64,000 nucleotides of DNA from an uncultured Candidatus Rokubacteria bacterium (GTDB lineage Bacteria; Methylomirabilota; Methylomirabilia; Rokubacteriales; CSP1-6): the NCBI GenBank assembly GCA_963771355.1, contig CAVYTA010000006.1, forward strand, positions 512,001-576,000, given 5' to 3'. Under the pieces are notes generated by a model. It made no database searches and was not told the DNA's origin. It worked only from the letters and a program-made list of their open reading frames with translations. Shown here piece after piece: positions 49,986 through 59,616 of the stretch. Position numbers and translations under genes: made by a program. How positions within the stretch are numbered: position 1 is the first letter of the stretch; the number at the start of each line of letters is the position of its first letter.

Positions 49986-51814
49986 GTGAGCCTCGACGAG
50001 ATCCTGATTCTGCTGCTGGCGCTGGCGACCGGCGTCCTGCTCTTCGTGGGCCTGGCGCAGGCGCTGGAGGGCCGTCCGCGACAGCGGCCGGTGCGCCGCT
50101 TGCCCCACCTGGCCGGCTGGCGCAGCTTCAGCGCGGAAGAGCGCGTGCTCGAGCACCGCGCACGCGGCGCCCGCACGGGCGTGAGCCCGTTCGCGACGCC
50201 GCCTCCGCCCCCCGTCCCCGAGGCGCCGCGTGCGGCCCGGTTTGGCGCCGGGCGGTCCCTCGCCCGGACGGCGGCCCCCACCGCGGCGCCTGCCGCCGCC
50301 CCAAGTGTTGCCCCAACCGCTACCCCCACTGCCACCGAAGACCGGCCGAGGCCGGAGCAGATCTCGCTGCTCGACGCGGCGCCATCCCCCGAGTCAACCG
50401 CACCCGAGGCGCCGCCGCTGGAATCGCCGGACTCCGGTCCCGAGCCATCGCTTGCCACGCCCGACTCGGTGGCGCCGCTGCCCGTCTCCATGGCCGCCCC
50501 GGTGGAGGAGGAGACCGTGGTGGCGGCGCCCGGCGCGCCGATTCCGGAAGAGGCCGCGACGCCAGTGACGGCGCCGCCGGATGCGCTGCCCGCGGATTCC
50601 AGGCTGGACGAGCCCGAACCCGTGCCGGCGCCGGCTCCCGCCGGCCTCTCTCCCGCCCTGGTCGCCGAGTGTGCGCGGCTGCTGAAGTCGGGGCATCCCG
50701 GCGAGGTCCGCGCGCTGGCCGAGCCTCTGCTCACGCGGCGAGCGCGCGGGCGTGGTGCTCGCACGCCGGCGTCCTATGATCGGGCGCTGCTCTGGTGCCT
50801 GGTCGGGCTCGCGCACCGGGACGCGGGGGACGAGGAAGCGGGCCTGCGCGCGGCCTTCGAGCAGGGCGTCCGCGCGCTGCCAAGGAACGATGCGAGCGGC
50901 CCCGATCCTGCCGTGGTGGCCCTCGCGAATTCCCTGGGCAGCCAGCTCCTGGCCTCCGGCGAGGCGGCGACCGGCGCGTCCGGCGCCACGCTCGCCGAGC
51001 TCCGGCTCTCGGTGGGACTGTTGCGCGGGGTGGCGGTGGCGCCGCCCGGCCACGCAGCGGACGCGGGGGACGCGGGCGGGCCCGAGGCGAGCGGCGGGGA
51101 CGAGCTTCCCCCTGGGGCAAGGCGCTCCAGGCGCATCTCGCCGTCGAGCGCGCGCGCGAGGCTCTGGCCAATGCGTGTGTGAGGAAGGTCGACGCGCTGC
51201 TCGAGCGAGGTGATCGGGACGCCGCGCATCGGTGGATACAGGAGGTGGCCGGCTGGGACGAGCTCGACGGCCGCCTCCAGGACCTGGAGGAGCCGTACTG
51301 GAAGGCGGTGACCGGTGAAGTGACCCGGCTCACGGGCCTGGCGCTGGAGTCCGCCGTCGATCTCGACGCTGCGATGCGGACCCTGCAGAGCGCGGAGGCG
51401 GTGGTCCGCGATCTGCCCGAAGCGGCGACCGCCTCACCCCGACTTCCCGAGATGAGGCGGCGGCTCTGGTGGAGCTATACGAAGCTCGGCGTCCAGCGTC
51501 TGGACGGCGGGGACGAGGGGCCGGCGCTGGAGCTCCTCTATCATGCGCTCCGGCTCGCCGAGGGCCCCGATCGCGAGATGGAGACGCGCCACTCCCTGGC
51601 CCAGGCGCTGGATGCCATGGCGACGCGGGCGTCGGACGCGATCGCGGAGCGGCTGCGCGCCGGCGACCAGACCGCCGCGGAGGCGGCGGGGCAGGCGCTG
51701 TGCCGCGCCGTCGACCGCGCCCTCGCCGAGGGGGTATCGCAGGAGGAGCTGGCGGGCGCGCTCGACAAGCGCCAGCACGTGATGGGGCTCATCGCCCAGG
51801 CCGACGCGCGGTGA
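49986..51814 (+). CDS. Hypothetical membrane-anchored protein with Pro/Ala-rich linker and helical C-terminal region (frameshift near 51120)
   Basis: AAGGAG RBS and GTG; N-terminal TM; low-complexity linker; continues in the frame of ORF 50795-51814 after about 51120. Confidence 0.6.
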
Positions 51815-53451
51815 GCGATCCAGGCCCCGCGCTCGCGCTCGGCGACCTGCTGGACGGGGCGGCCGCGCGGTACCCCGACCGGGAGGCGGTCGTCTTCCGC
51901 GACGAGCGGGTGACCTATCGCGAGCTCAAGCGCCGGGCGGACGACTTCGCGCGGGGGCTGCTGGACCTGGGCGTCCGGCCCGGCGATCACGTCGTCCTGT
52001 GGATGCCGAACCGCACCGAGTGGAACGTGGCCAATCTGGGCATCGCCAAGATCGGCGCGGTCACGGTGACGTGCAACAGCCGCTACAAGGCGTATGAAGT
52101 CGAGTACGTGCTTCGGCAGTCGGACGCCAAGGCCCTCATCATGGTCGACCGCTTCGCCGCCGCCAAGGTGGACTACCTCGCCATCCTCGACGAGCTGCTG
52201 CCCGAGGCGCGGGAAGCGGGCCCGCTCCGCAGCGCGCGGTTCCCCGCGCTCCGGCACCTGGTGGTGCTGGGGGACGCGGTGCCTGCCGGCGCCCGGGCCT
52301 TCGAGGCGGTGGAGCGCGCGGGCGGACGGCCGGGCTCGCCCGCGCTCGGCGGCATCGTCGTGCGGCCCGACGATCCCGTCGAGATGCTCTACACGTCGGG
52401 CACCACCGGCGAGCCCAAGGGTTGCCTCCTCTCGCACGGGAACATGTACTACAAGTGCCGCGTGTACGTGGACCTGCACCGCTGGACACACGCCGACCGC
52501 TACCTCGTGCCGGTGCCGTACTTCCACATCTTCGGCTCCATGGGCGGCGTGGCCGCCAACTGCCTCGCGGGCTCCACCCAGGTGGTGATGGAGGTGTTCG
52601 ACGCGGGCGAGGCCATGCGGCTCATCGAGGCCGAGCGCGTCACCATCTTCTCGGGCGTGCCCACCATGTTCATCACCCTGCTGGGCCATCCCGCCTTCGG
52701 AACGTTCGACCTCTCGTCGCTCCGCACGGGCTCCATCGGGGCGGCGCCGGTGCCGGTGGAGATCATGCGCCGGATCCTCGACCGCGAGGCGGGCCTGGGC
52801 ATGGACGCCCTCGTGGTGTATGGGCTCACCGAGGCCACCGGGGGCACGCACTGGACGCGCGGGGGCGATCCCATCGAGAAGCGGGTGGCCACGGTGGGGC
52901 TGCGCACGCCGGAGATCGAGGACCGCATCGTGGATCCCGTGACCGGCCGCCCGCTGCCGCCAGGGCAGGAGGGCGAGGTCTGCATCAAGGGGCCGACCCT
53001 CATGCTGGGCTACTACAAGAAGCCCGACGCCACCGCGGACAAGGTCCGCGACGGATGGCTGCACACGGGTGACATGGGGATCAAGGACGCCGACGGCTAT
53101 CTCCGCATCACCGGCCGCGTCACCGACATGATCATCGTGGGCGGATTCAACACCTACCCGGCCGAGATCGAGAACTTCTTCCTCCGCCATCCCGGCATCC
53201 TCGACGTGTCCATCGTGGGGGTGCCGGATCCGGTGATGGGCGAGGTGGTGATGGCCTTCGTGATCCCCAGGCCCGGGCACGTTCTTTCCCCGGACGACGT
53301 GGTGGCCTTCGCGCGCGACCGGATCGCCAACTTCAAGCTGCCGCGCTACGTGGAGATCGTGGACCAGTTCCCGCTCACCGGTTCGGGGAAGGTCCAGAAA
53401 TTCAAGCAGAAGGCCTACGCGGTCGAGAAGTACGATCTCAAGGGACCGTAG
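51811..53451 (+). CDS. AMP-binding acyl-CoA synthetase
   Basis: YTSGTTGEPKG, YGLTE, LHTGD, YPAEIE, GSGK; GTG 51811. Confidence 0.92.
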   Translation: MSDPGPALALGDLLDGAAARYPDREAVVFRDERVTYRELKRRADDFARGLLDLGVRPGDHVVLWMPNRTEWNVANLGIAKIGAVTVTCNSRYKAYEVEYVLRQSDAKALIMVDRFAAAKVDYLAILDELLPEAREAGPLRSARFPALRHLVVLGDAVPAGARAFEAVERAGGRPGSPALGGIVVRPDDPVEMLYTSGTTGEPKGCLLSHGNMYYKCRVYVDLHRWTHADRYLVPVPYFHIFGSMGGVAANCLAGSTQVVMEVFDAGEAMRLIEAERVTIFSGVPTMFITLLGHPAFGTFDLSSLRTGSIGAAPVPVEIMRRILDREAGLGMDALVVYGLTEATGGTHWTRGGDPIEKRVATVGLRTPEIEDRIVDPVTGRPLPPGQEGEVCIKGPTLMLGYYKKPDATADKVRDGWLHTGDMGIKDADGYLRITGRVTDMIIVGGFNTYPAEIENFFLRHPGILDVSIVGVPDPVMGEVVMAFVIPRPGHVLSPDDVVAFARDRIANFKLPRYVEIVDQFPLTGSGKVQKFKQKAYAVEKYDLKGP

Positions 53452-53468
53452 CCCCGCTGGCCCGCCGA

Positions 53469-54533
53469 TTACTCGAGGGACTTCTTCCGGATCTCCTCGA
53501 GCATCCCGAGCGGCACGCTGAGGAAGCTCCCCACCACGGCGGGGTCGAAGTGGGTGCCCCCCGAGCGCCGGATCTCGCCGCGCGCGTCCTCGAAGGCGAT
53601 GGCGCGCGAGTAGGGCCGGTCGAAGGTCATGGCGTCGAAGGCATCCGCCACCGCGAAGATGCGCGCGCCGAGCGGGATGGCCTCGCCCTTGAGACCCTGC
53701 GGATAGCCGGTGCCGTCCCAGCGCTCGTGATGGTGGTAGACGATGGGCACCGCCGGGCGCAGGAAGGGGATCTGCTCCACCAGCTGCCGGCCGATCTCGG
53801 GATGCGTCCGCATGATCTTCCACTCCGCGGGCGTGAGCGGCCCCGGCTTGAGGAGAATGGCGTCGGGAATGCCGATCTTGCCGATGTCGTGGAGGAGCAC
53901 GCCGTGCTCGAGGTCCCGGAGCGCCTTCTCGTCGGTCATGCCATGGGTCCGCGCGAGGAGGAGCGAGTAACCGCGTACGCGGCGCGAGTGTGCCTGCGTG
54001 CCGAGGTCGCGGGTGTCGATGGCGGACCCGAGCGCCTCCAGCGTGCTGCGGTAGGTTTCCTCCAGCGCGCCCAGCGTGGTCTCGAGGTCGCGCGTGGCCT
54101 CCGCCACCCGCCGCTCCAGGAGGGTGTGGTACTCGCGGCGCTCGATGAGCAGCTCCCGGTGCTCCAGCGCGCGCTCGGCCGCGACGAGGAGCTGATCCAT
54201 GTTCACCGGCTTGAGGATGAAGTCGTAGGCGCCGTACTTCAGGCTCTCCACCGCGGTCTGGATGTCCCCCACGCCGGTGAGGACGAGGAAGGCCGCGTCG
54301 GGATCGATGGCGCGGGCCTGGCGGAGGAACTCGACCCCGTTCATGGCCGGCATGTCCACGTCGGTGACGGTGAGCAGCGGCCGCTCGGCGCCGAAGCGCT
54401 CCAGCCCCTCCGCGCCGTTGGCGGCCTGGCGGCAGTCGTACCCGCTGCCGGTGAAGAACTCGGACAGCACGCGCCGGATCTGGCGGTCGTCGTCCACGAT
54501 GAGCACCCGGCGGGCGGGGCGGTCCGAGCTCAC
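53469..54533 (-). CDS. Response regulator + HD-GYP c-di-GMP phosphodiesterase
   Basis: LIVDDD, TDVDMP, KP; LHDIGK, HHERWDGTGYP; GTG 54533. Confidence 0.93.
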   Translation of the reverse strand: MSSDRPARRVLIVDDDRQIRRVLSEFFTGSGYDCRQAANGAEGLERFGAERPLLTVTDVDMPAMNGVEFLRQARAIDPDAAFLVLTGVGDIQTAVESLKYGAYDFILKPVNMDQLLVAAERALEHRELLIERREYHTLLERRVAEATRDLETTLGALEETYRSTLEALGSAIDTRDLGTQAHSRRVRGYSLLLARTHGMTDEKALRDLEHGVLLHDIGKIGIPDAILLKPGPLTPAEWKIMRTHPEIGRQLVEQIPFLRPAVPIVYHHHERWDGTGYPQGLKGEAIPLGARIFAVADAFDAMTFDRPYSRAIAFEDARGEIRRSGGTHFDPAVVGSFLSVPLGMLEEIRKKSLE

Positions 54534-55516
54534 GTCGAGCGCCCCGGCTTGCGCGTGGTAGCCGCGGCGGCGCCCACGTCCTCGAACACCGACACGCGGT
54601 TCTTCCCCGCGCGCTTGGCCGCGTACAGCGCCTCGTCGGCGGCGCGGATGAGATCGTCGGCGGCGGGCGCCACGTCCTCGGGCAGCGCGGCGATCCCGAA
54701 GCTGGCGGTGACGCGGCGACCGTTCGCGAAGGGATAGGTGGCGAGCACCTGCCGGATGCGGTCGGCGTACAGGCGCGCCCCCGCCTTGGAGGTCTCCACC
54801 AGGAGCACCGCGAACTCGTCCCCGCCGTAGCGGCAGATCACGTTGATGCCGCGCGAGTACTTGAGGAGGATGTCCGCCATGTCGCGCAGGGTCGCATCGC
54901 CGGCGCCGTGCCCCAGCTCGTCGTTGACGGCCTTGAAGCCGTCGAGGTCGATCAGCATCACCGACACGGGATGGTTGAATCGGCGGTAGCGCGAGACCTC
55001 CTCCTCGAGCCGGATGGAGAAGAAGCGACGATTGTAGAGCCCGGTGACTTCGTCCTTGAAGGAGAACTCCTTGAGGCGCGCATTGTTGAACTCGAGCTCC
55101 TTGTACGCGGCCTCGAGCCGCTGGGCGAAGTCGTTGATCTCGTTGCCCTGCTCCTCGATCTTTCCGAGGATGCGGGAGAACGAGCCCATCATCACGCCCG
55201 TCTCCTTGCCCTCCGGGCTGTCCGCGCTCGCCGCCGTCGGTGAGGCCGCGTCGGCGAGCTCGGCGCCGTCCCGGCGCGACCCCGGCCCCGCCAGGGCGGG
55301 CATCCGCGCGAGGGCCAGCCCGCCGGCGAGCGACAGCAGGACGACGAGGACGACGAGGATCTGGGCGGCGACCAGGGCCGCTCGGCCAGGGCCGGGCGCC
55401 AGGAGCGGTCGCAGCGCGAACTCCAAGACCAGGACAAGACCCGTCATCGCGACGGCCGCCGCCGCGACGAGACCAACGGCACCAGTCCAACTGCGGGGAC
55501 TCGGGACGGTAAGCAT
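54530..55516 (-). CDS. Membrane-anchored GGDEF diguanylate cyclase
   Basis: Two TM segments, coiled coil, DEVTGLYNRR, DLDGFKAVND, RYGGDEF. Start uncertain (55516 or 55531). Confidence 0.9.
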   Translation of the reverse strand: MLTVPSPRSWTGAVGLVAAAAVAMTGLVLVLEFALRPLLAPGPGRAALVAAQILVVLVVLLSLAGGLALARMPALAGPGSRRDGAELADAASPTAASADSPEGKETGVMMGSFSRILGKIEEQGNEINDFAQRLEAAYKELEFNNARLKEFSFKDEVTGLYNRRFFSIRLEEEVSRYRRFNHPVSVMLIDLDGFKAVNDELGHGAGDATLRDMADILLKYSRGINVICRYGGDEFAVLLVETSKAGARLYADRIRQVLATYPFANGRRVTASFGIAALPEDVAPAADDLIRAADEALYAAKRAGKNRVSVFEDVGAAAATTRKPGRST

Positions 55517-55669
55517 GGAGCTCGGCACCAAGAATAACGGGGTTCCCGGCCGAGCCGGCGAGCTATTTCTGGCCTGCCGCGATTATTCTCCTCCGTCTCG
55601 CGGGGTGTCAACCGAGCGGGGAGCCGGCTTGACGGGGCGGCGAGGCGTGGGGTAGGGTAGGGCCACACG

Positions 55670-55918
55670 ATGGAAACGTCGAAAGTCGTCAATGTTGACA
55701 GGCAGATTGACTGCATCGGTCTTTTCTGTCCCATGCCGATCGTGAAGACGCGCGAGGCCATCCGCGAGATGACGGTGGGCCAGGTCCTCGAGATGCACTC
55801 CGATGATCCCGCCTCCGACGCGGACATGAAGACCTGGGCCGAGCGCTCCGGTCACGAGTTGATCGGTGTCTCCCGGGAAGGAGCCGTCTACCGGTTCCTG
55901 GTCCGGAAGACGCGGTAG
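55670..55918 (+). CDS. tusA: Sulfurtransferase TusA family protein
   Basis: IDCIGLFCPMP, SDDPAS. Confidence 0.9.
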   Translation: METSKVVNVDRQIDCIGLFCPMPIVKTREAIREMTVGQVLEMHSDDPASDADMKTWAERSGHELIGVSREGAVYRFLVRKTR

Positions 55919-55922
55919 GGGC

Positions 55923-57191
55923 GTGGAGGCAGGCGGAGAATCCCCGGGTCGCGTCTATCTCGACTACGCCGGCTTCGCGCCGGTGGACCCGCGCGTCCTT
56001 GCCGTGATGCGGCCGTTCCTCGAAGCGGGGATCGGCAATCCCTCCGCCCGCCACTCCCTCGGCGCGGAGGCGCGCGAGTCGCTGGAAGCCGCCCGCCTCA
56101 AGGTGGCGCGGCTCGTGGGCGGCGCGCCCGGAGGGATCGTCTTCACCTCCGGCGCCACCGAGGCCAACAACCTCGCCGTCAAGGGCACCACGCTCCGCGC
56201 CGGGGAGCGCGGTGCCCACGTGATCGCGTCCTGCGTCGAGCACATCTCGGTGCTCAACGCGTGCCGCGAGCTCGAAAAGGGGGGCACGACGGTCACGCTG
56301 CTGCCCGTGGACGGGCAGGGACGCGTGGATCCCGACGCGCTTCGCCGCGCGCTGCGCCCCGACACCGCGCTCGTTTCCATCGCGGCCGCCAATGAGGAGA
56401 TCGGCACGCTGCAGCCGCTCGCGGAGCTGGCGCGGGTGACCCGGGCGGCGCGGGTGCCGCTGCACGTGGACGGCGTGGGCGCCATCGGACGCACCGTGCT
56501 GTCCGCGGAGCCGCTCGGCATCGATCTGCTCACGCTGTCCGGCAACGACATCTACGGGCCGCCCGGCACGGGAGCACTGTGGGTGCGGCCCGGCGTCAAG
56601 CTGGCGCCGCAGATCCTGGGCGGGGGCCAGGAAGTGGGGCTCCGCTCGGGAACGGAGAATCTTCCCGCGCTGGTCGGGCTCGGGGTGGCGGCGGAGCTCA
56701 TCCGCACCGAGTCGGCGCATGGGGAGCCCGCTCGGCTCGCCTCACTGCGCGACCGGCTGCTACAGGGCGTGCTGGAGGCGGTGCCCGAGTGCCGGGTCAC
56801 CGGGCCGCTCGACCGTCGCCTCCCGCATCACGCGAGCATGATCGTGGCCGGCGTGAAGGCGGACAGCGTGCTGCTGGACCTCGACCTCGCGGGCATCGCC
56901 GCCTCGTCCGGCTCCGCCTGCGCCACCCTGACCCAGACGCCCTCGCATGTGCTGCGGGCGATCGGCTGCACGGCCGCCGAGGCGGAAGGCTCCCTCTGCT
57001 TCACCCTCGGCCGCTGGAGCACCGCCACGGAAGTGGAGCTGCTCCTCGACCGCCTGCCGACCATCGTGGCGCGTCTCCGCGCGGTCGCCCCCGCGCCGGC
57101 CGCGCCCCGTGCCCCCGGCGCGCGCGGCGCGCCCACTCCGCCTCGCGCTCCGAGCGCCCGCAGCGCCCCCACCCCGCGCCGCGCCCCGTGA
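55923..57191 (+). CDS. iscS: Cysteine desulfurase-like (IscS/NifS family) protein lacking the PLP-binding Lys
   Basis: YLDY, FTSGATEANN, VEH, NEEIGT, RSGTEN, SSGSAC. PLP site reads SGNDIYGP instead of SxHKxxGP. Confidence 0.85.
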   Translation: MEAGGESPGRVYLDYAGFAPVDPRVLAVMRPFLEAGIGNPSARHSLGAEARESLEAARLKVARLVGGAPGGIVFTSGATEANNLAVKGTTLRAGERGAHVIASCVEHISVLNACRELEKGGTTVTLLPVDGQGRVDPDALRRALRPDTALVSIAAANEEIGTLQPLAELARVTRAARVPLHVDGVGAIGRTVLSAEPLGIDLLTLSGNDIYGPPGTGALWVRPGVKLAPQILGGGQEVGLRSGTENLPALVGLGVAAELIRTESAHGEPARLASLRDRLLQGVLEAVPECRVTGPLDRRLPHHASMIVAGVKADSVLLDLDLAGIAASSGSACATLTQTPSHVLRAIGCTAAEAEGSLCFTLGRWSTATEVELLLDRLPTIVARLRAVAPAPAAPRAPGARGAPTPPRAPSARSAPTPRRAP

Positions 57192-57883
57192 CCGCCTGGC
57201 GTCGTCTCGTCCTCTGGGACATCGACGGCACCCTCCTGTCTGCGCGCGGCGCAGGGCGGCGGGCGCTGGGCCGTGCGCTCGAGCGCGTGTACGGGACCGC
57301 CGGACGCATCGACGACTACGACTTCCGGGGCAAGACCGATCCGCGCATCGTCCTCGATCTCATGGGCGTGGCGGGCCTGGCTGACGACGCCATCCGCGCC
57401 GGCTTCGACGAGTGCTTCGAGTGCTACGCGCGCGGGCTGACGGAGGAGATCGGCGACGGCGCCGGGGTGAAGCTCCTGCCCGGCGTGCCGGAGCTGGTCC
57501 GGCGACTGGACGGGACGCCCGGCGTCATGCAGGGCCTGCTCACCGGCAATATCGAGGCAGGTGCGCACATCAAGCTCGCCTCCACCGGGCTTGGGCCCTT
57601 CTTCCGCACCGGCGCCTACGGCTCCGATGACGCCGATCGGCGGCGGCTACCCTCGCTGGCGGCGCGGCGCGCGGAGGCCCTCGTCGGCCACCGCTTCGCT
57701 CCGCCCGACGTGCTGGTGATCGGCGACACCCCGCTCGACGTGGAGTGCGCGCGCGCCTTCGGCGCCGTGGCGGTGGCCGTGGCCACCGGCTTTCATCCGC
57801 GTGAGGAGCTGGCCGCCCTGCGCCCCGATCTCCTCTTCGACGACTTCGCCGACGTGGAGGCCGCCGCCGCGCTTCTGGGCTGA
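57188..57883 (+). CDS. HAD family hydrolase (phosphoglycolate phosphatase-like)
   Basis: LWDIDGTL, GKTD, LLTGN, IGDTPLD; GTGA overlap with iscS. Confidence 0.9.
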   Translation: MTAWRRLVLWDIDGTLLSARGAGRRALGRALERVYGTAGRIDDYDFRGKTDPRIVLDLMGVAGLADDAIRAGFDECFECYARGLTEEIGDGAGVKLLPGVPELVRRLDGTPGVMQGLLTGNIEAGAHIKLASTGLGPFFRTGAYGSDDADRRRLPSLAARRAEALVGHRFAPPDVLVIGDTPLDVECARAFGAVAVAVATGFHPREELAALRPDLLFDDFADVEAAAALLG

Positions 57884-57896
57884 GGTCGCGCCCCGG

Positions 57897-58088
57897 TCAC
57901 GGGCCGCCGCGCGAGAGACAGGCACCGTCCAGGAACCCCAGCCCCTGGCGGGCGCACTCCGCGCGGCGGTCCCGATCACGCTCTGCCCAGGCTTGCTGGG
58001 CGGCGGCCCGCTCCTCCGGCGTGACCGCGCAGGCCGCCGCGAGCGCCACGAGCACCATCAGCACGACGCCTCGAGCCACTTGACCCAT
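57897..58088 (-). CDS. Small putative lipoprotein
   Basis: MGQVARGVVLMVLVALAAA-C lipobox-like; GGAGG upstream; 63 aa. Confidence 0.6.
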   Translation of the reverse strand: MGQVARGVVLMVLVALAAACAVTPEERAAAQQAWAERDRDRRAECARQGLGFLDGACLSRGGP

Positions 58089-58166
58089 GCCTCCAGTACG
58101 CATGGGGCCGCGTTCTCTGTCCACGATAAGGAGTGCGTTCGCCGGCACGCTCATCCGCATGGCCTC

Positions 58167-58820
58167 CTAGGCGGGCAGCCCGGTGATCTTGATGCCGGAG
58201 TTCTTGAGCTTGTAGCGGCGGTTGATGGTGGCGAGCACGGCGGTGATGCCCTCCAGCGACCCCGCATTGGTCAGCGGCCCCACGTCGATGGCGCGGAGCC
58301 CCATCGACGTCCCCAGCTCGGTCACCTGCTTCTTCGCCTCCGCGTCTCCGCCGCAGAGCAGCAGGTCGCACTCGATGGCGTGGTCGGTGGCCGAGAGCTC
58401 ATGGGCGGCGATGTGGTGGAACGCGGCCACCACCCGGGCCTCGGGCCCGAGCAGCTCCTGCACCACCTCCGCCGCGGAGCCGGGGGGCGGCGGCGTGAAG
58501 AGGCGGGGCCCCCCGAAGGTGAGCGGGACCACGGTGCTCACCACCACCTTGCCCCGGCAGGCGTCCTTGACGTCCGGGACAGTCGCCGCGAGGCCGTCGG
58601 CGGGCACCGCGAGCACCACGATGTCGGCGGCGGCGGCCGCGTCGCGATTGCCCGCGCCGGTGATGCGGGCGCCGGGCACCGCCGCAGCCAGCTCGGCGGC
58701 CTTGGCCTGGGCCCGCGCGGCGTCCCGGGAGCCGATGACGATCTCGTGCCCCGCCTGGGCCCAGCGCGCTCCCAGCCCCGCGCCTTCCTTCCCAGTCCCG
58801 CCGACAATGCCGATTTTCAT
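58167..58820 (-). CDS. npdG: NADPH-dependent F420 reductase (F420H2:NADP+ oxidoreductase)
   Basis: KIGIVGGTGKEG, IGSRD, VVAAFH, GIKITG; lies in the cof cluster. Confidence 0.9.
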   Translation of the reverse strand: MKIGIVGGTGKEGAGLGARWAQAGHEIVIGSRDAARAQAKAAELAAAVPGARITGAGNRDAAAAADIVVLAVPADGLAATVPDVKDACRGKVVVSTVVPLTFGGPRLFTPPPPGSAAEVVQELLGPEARVVAAFHHIAAHELSATDHAIECDLLLCGGDAEAKKQVTELGTSMGLRAIDVGPLTNAGSLEGITAVLATINRRYKLKNSGIKITGLPA

Positions 58821-58860
58821 GACCTGGTCTCTCTTTAGGGTGGATCGGGTCAGAATTGCG

Positions 58861-59613
58861 TTAACGGAAGAGATCGCGCGAAGGGTCGCGGAGCAGCGGG
58901 CGGCTGTCCGACTCGGCCGCAGTCCATCGGACCCCGCGGATGATGGCGACCGGGATGCGGTCGAGCTTGCCCATCACCGGCTCCGCGGCGGAGGCCAGCT
59001 CGTCGGCGAGCGCGAGAATGGTGGCCTGGAGCACATGACCCGCCGGGTCCGTCTCGCCGAGATAGCTGACGATGGGCTCGAAGCCGGCCAGGCCCACCGC
59101 GACATTCACGAGCCCCTCGCGCCAGGGCCGGCCGAAGGTGTCCGCGATCACGACCGCGAGCGTGTGGCCGGTGAGCGCGGCGATCCGGCTCCGGAGGGCG
59201 CGCGCGGAGGCGTCGGAATCCAGGGGCAGCAGGCAGGCGGTGTCGGCGTCCACGTTCGACTGATCGACGCCCGCATTGGCGCAGATCCAGCCATGGTGCG
59301 TCTCGACGATGAGGACGCCCTTGGCGTGGCGCACGATGCGCCGGCTCTCGCCGAGTATCACCTCCACCAGCCGGGGATCGCGGTCGATCTCCAGCGCGAG
59401 CGCCTGGGCACGGGGGGACACCGCCACCTGGTCGAGACGGACGAGCCGGCCCTCCGTCTTGGAGACGATCTTCTGACTCACCACGAGGAGATCGCCGGCG
59501 GCCAGCGGCGTGCCCTGGGCGCGGGCGGCGTCCACGATGAGGGGTCCGAGATCGGCGCCCCGCGCGATCTCGGGGAGGCCCGCGACGCCGATCACCTCGA
59601 AGCGCGGCGGCAT
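58861..59613 (-). CDS. cofE: Coenzyme F420-0:L-glutamate ligase
   Basis: VVSQKIVSKTEG, CANAGVDQSN, DTFGRPWR, ADELA, DLFR. Confidence 0.95.
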   Translation of the reverse strand: MPPRFEVIGVAGLPEIARGADLGPLIVDAARAQGTPLAAGDLLVVSQKIVSKTEGRLVRLDQVAVSPRAQALALEIDRDPRLVEVILGESRRIVRHAKGVLIVETHHGWICANAGVDQSNVDADTACLLPLDSDASARALRSRIAALTGHTLAVVIADTFGRPWREGLVNVAVGLAGFEPIVSYLGETDPAGHVLQATILALADELASAAEPVMGKLDRIPVAIIRGVRWTAAESDSRPLLRDPSRDLFR

Positions 59614-59616
59614 CGT

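Noticed and set aside
53469..55490. Apparent long N-terminal extension or GGDEF-HD-GYP fusion
   Set aside because: The upstream part is a shadow frame of the GGDEF gene; the real start is probably GTG 54533
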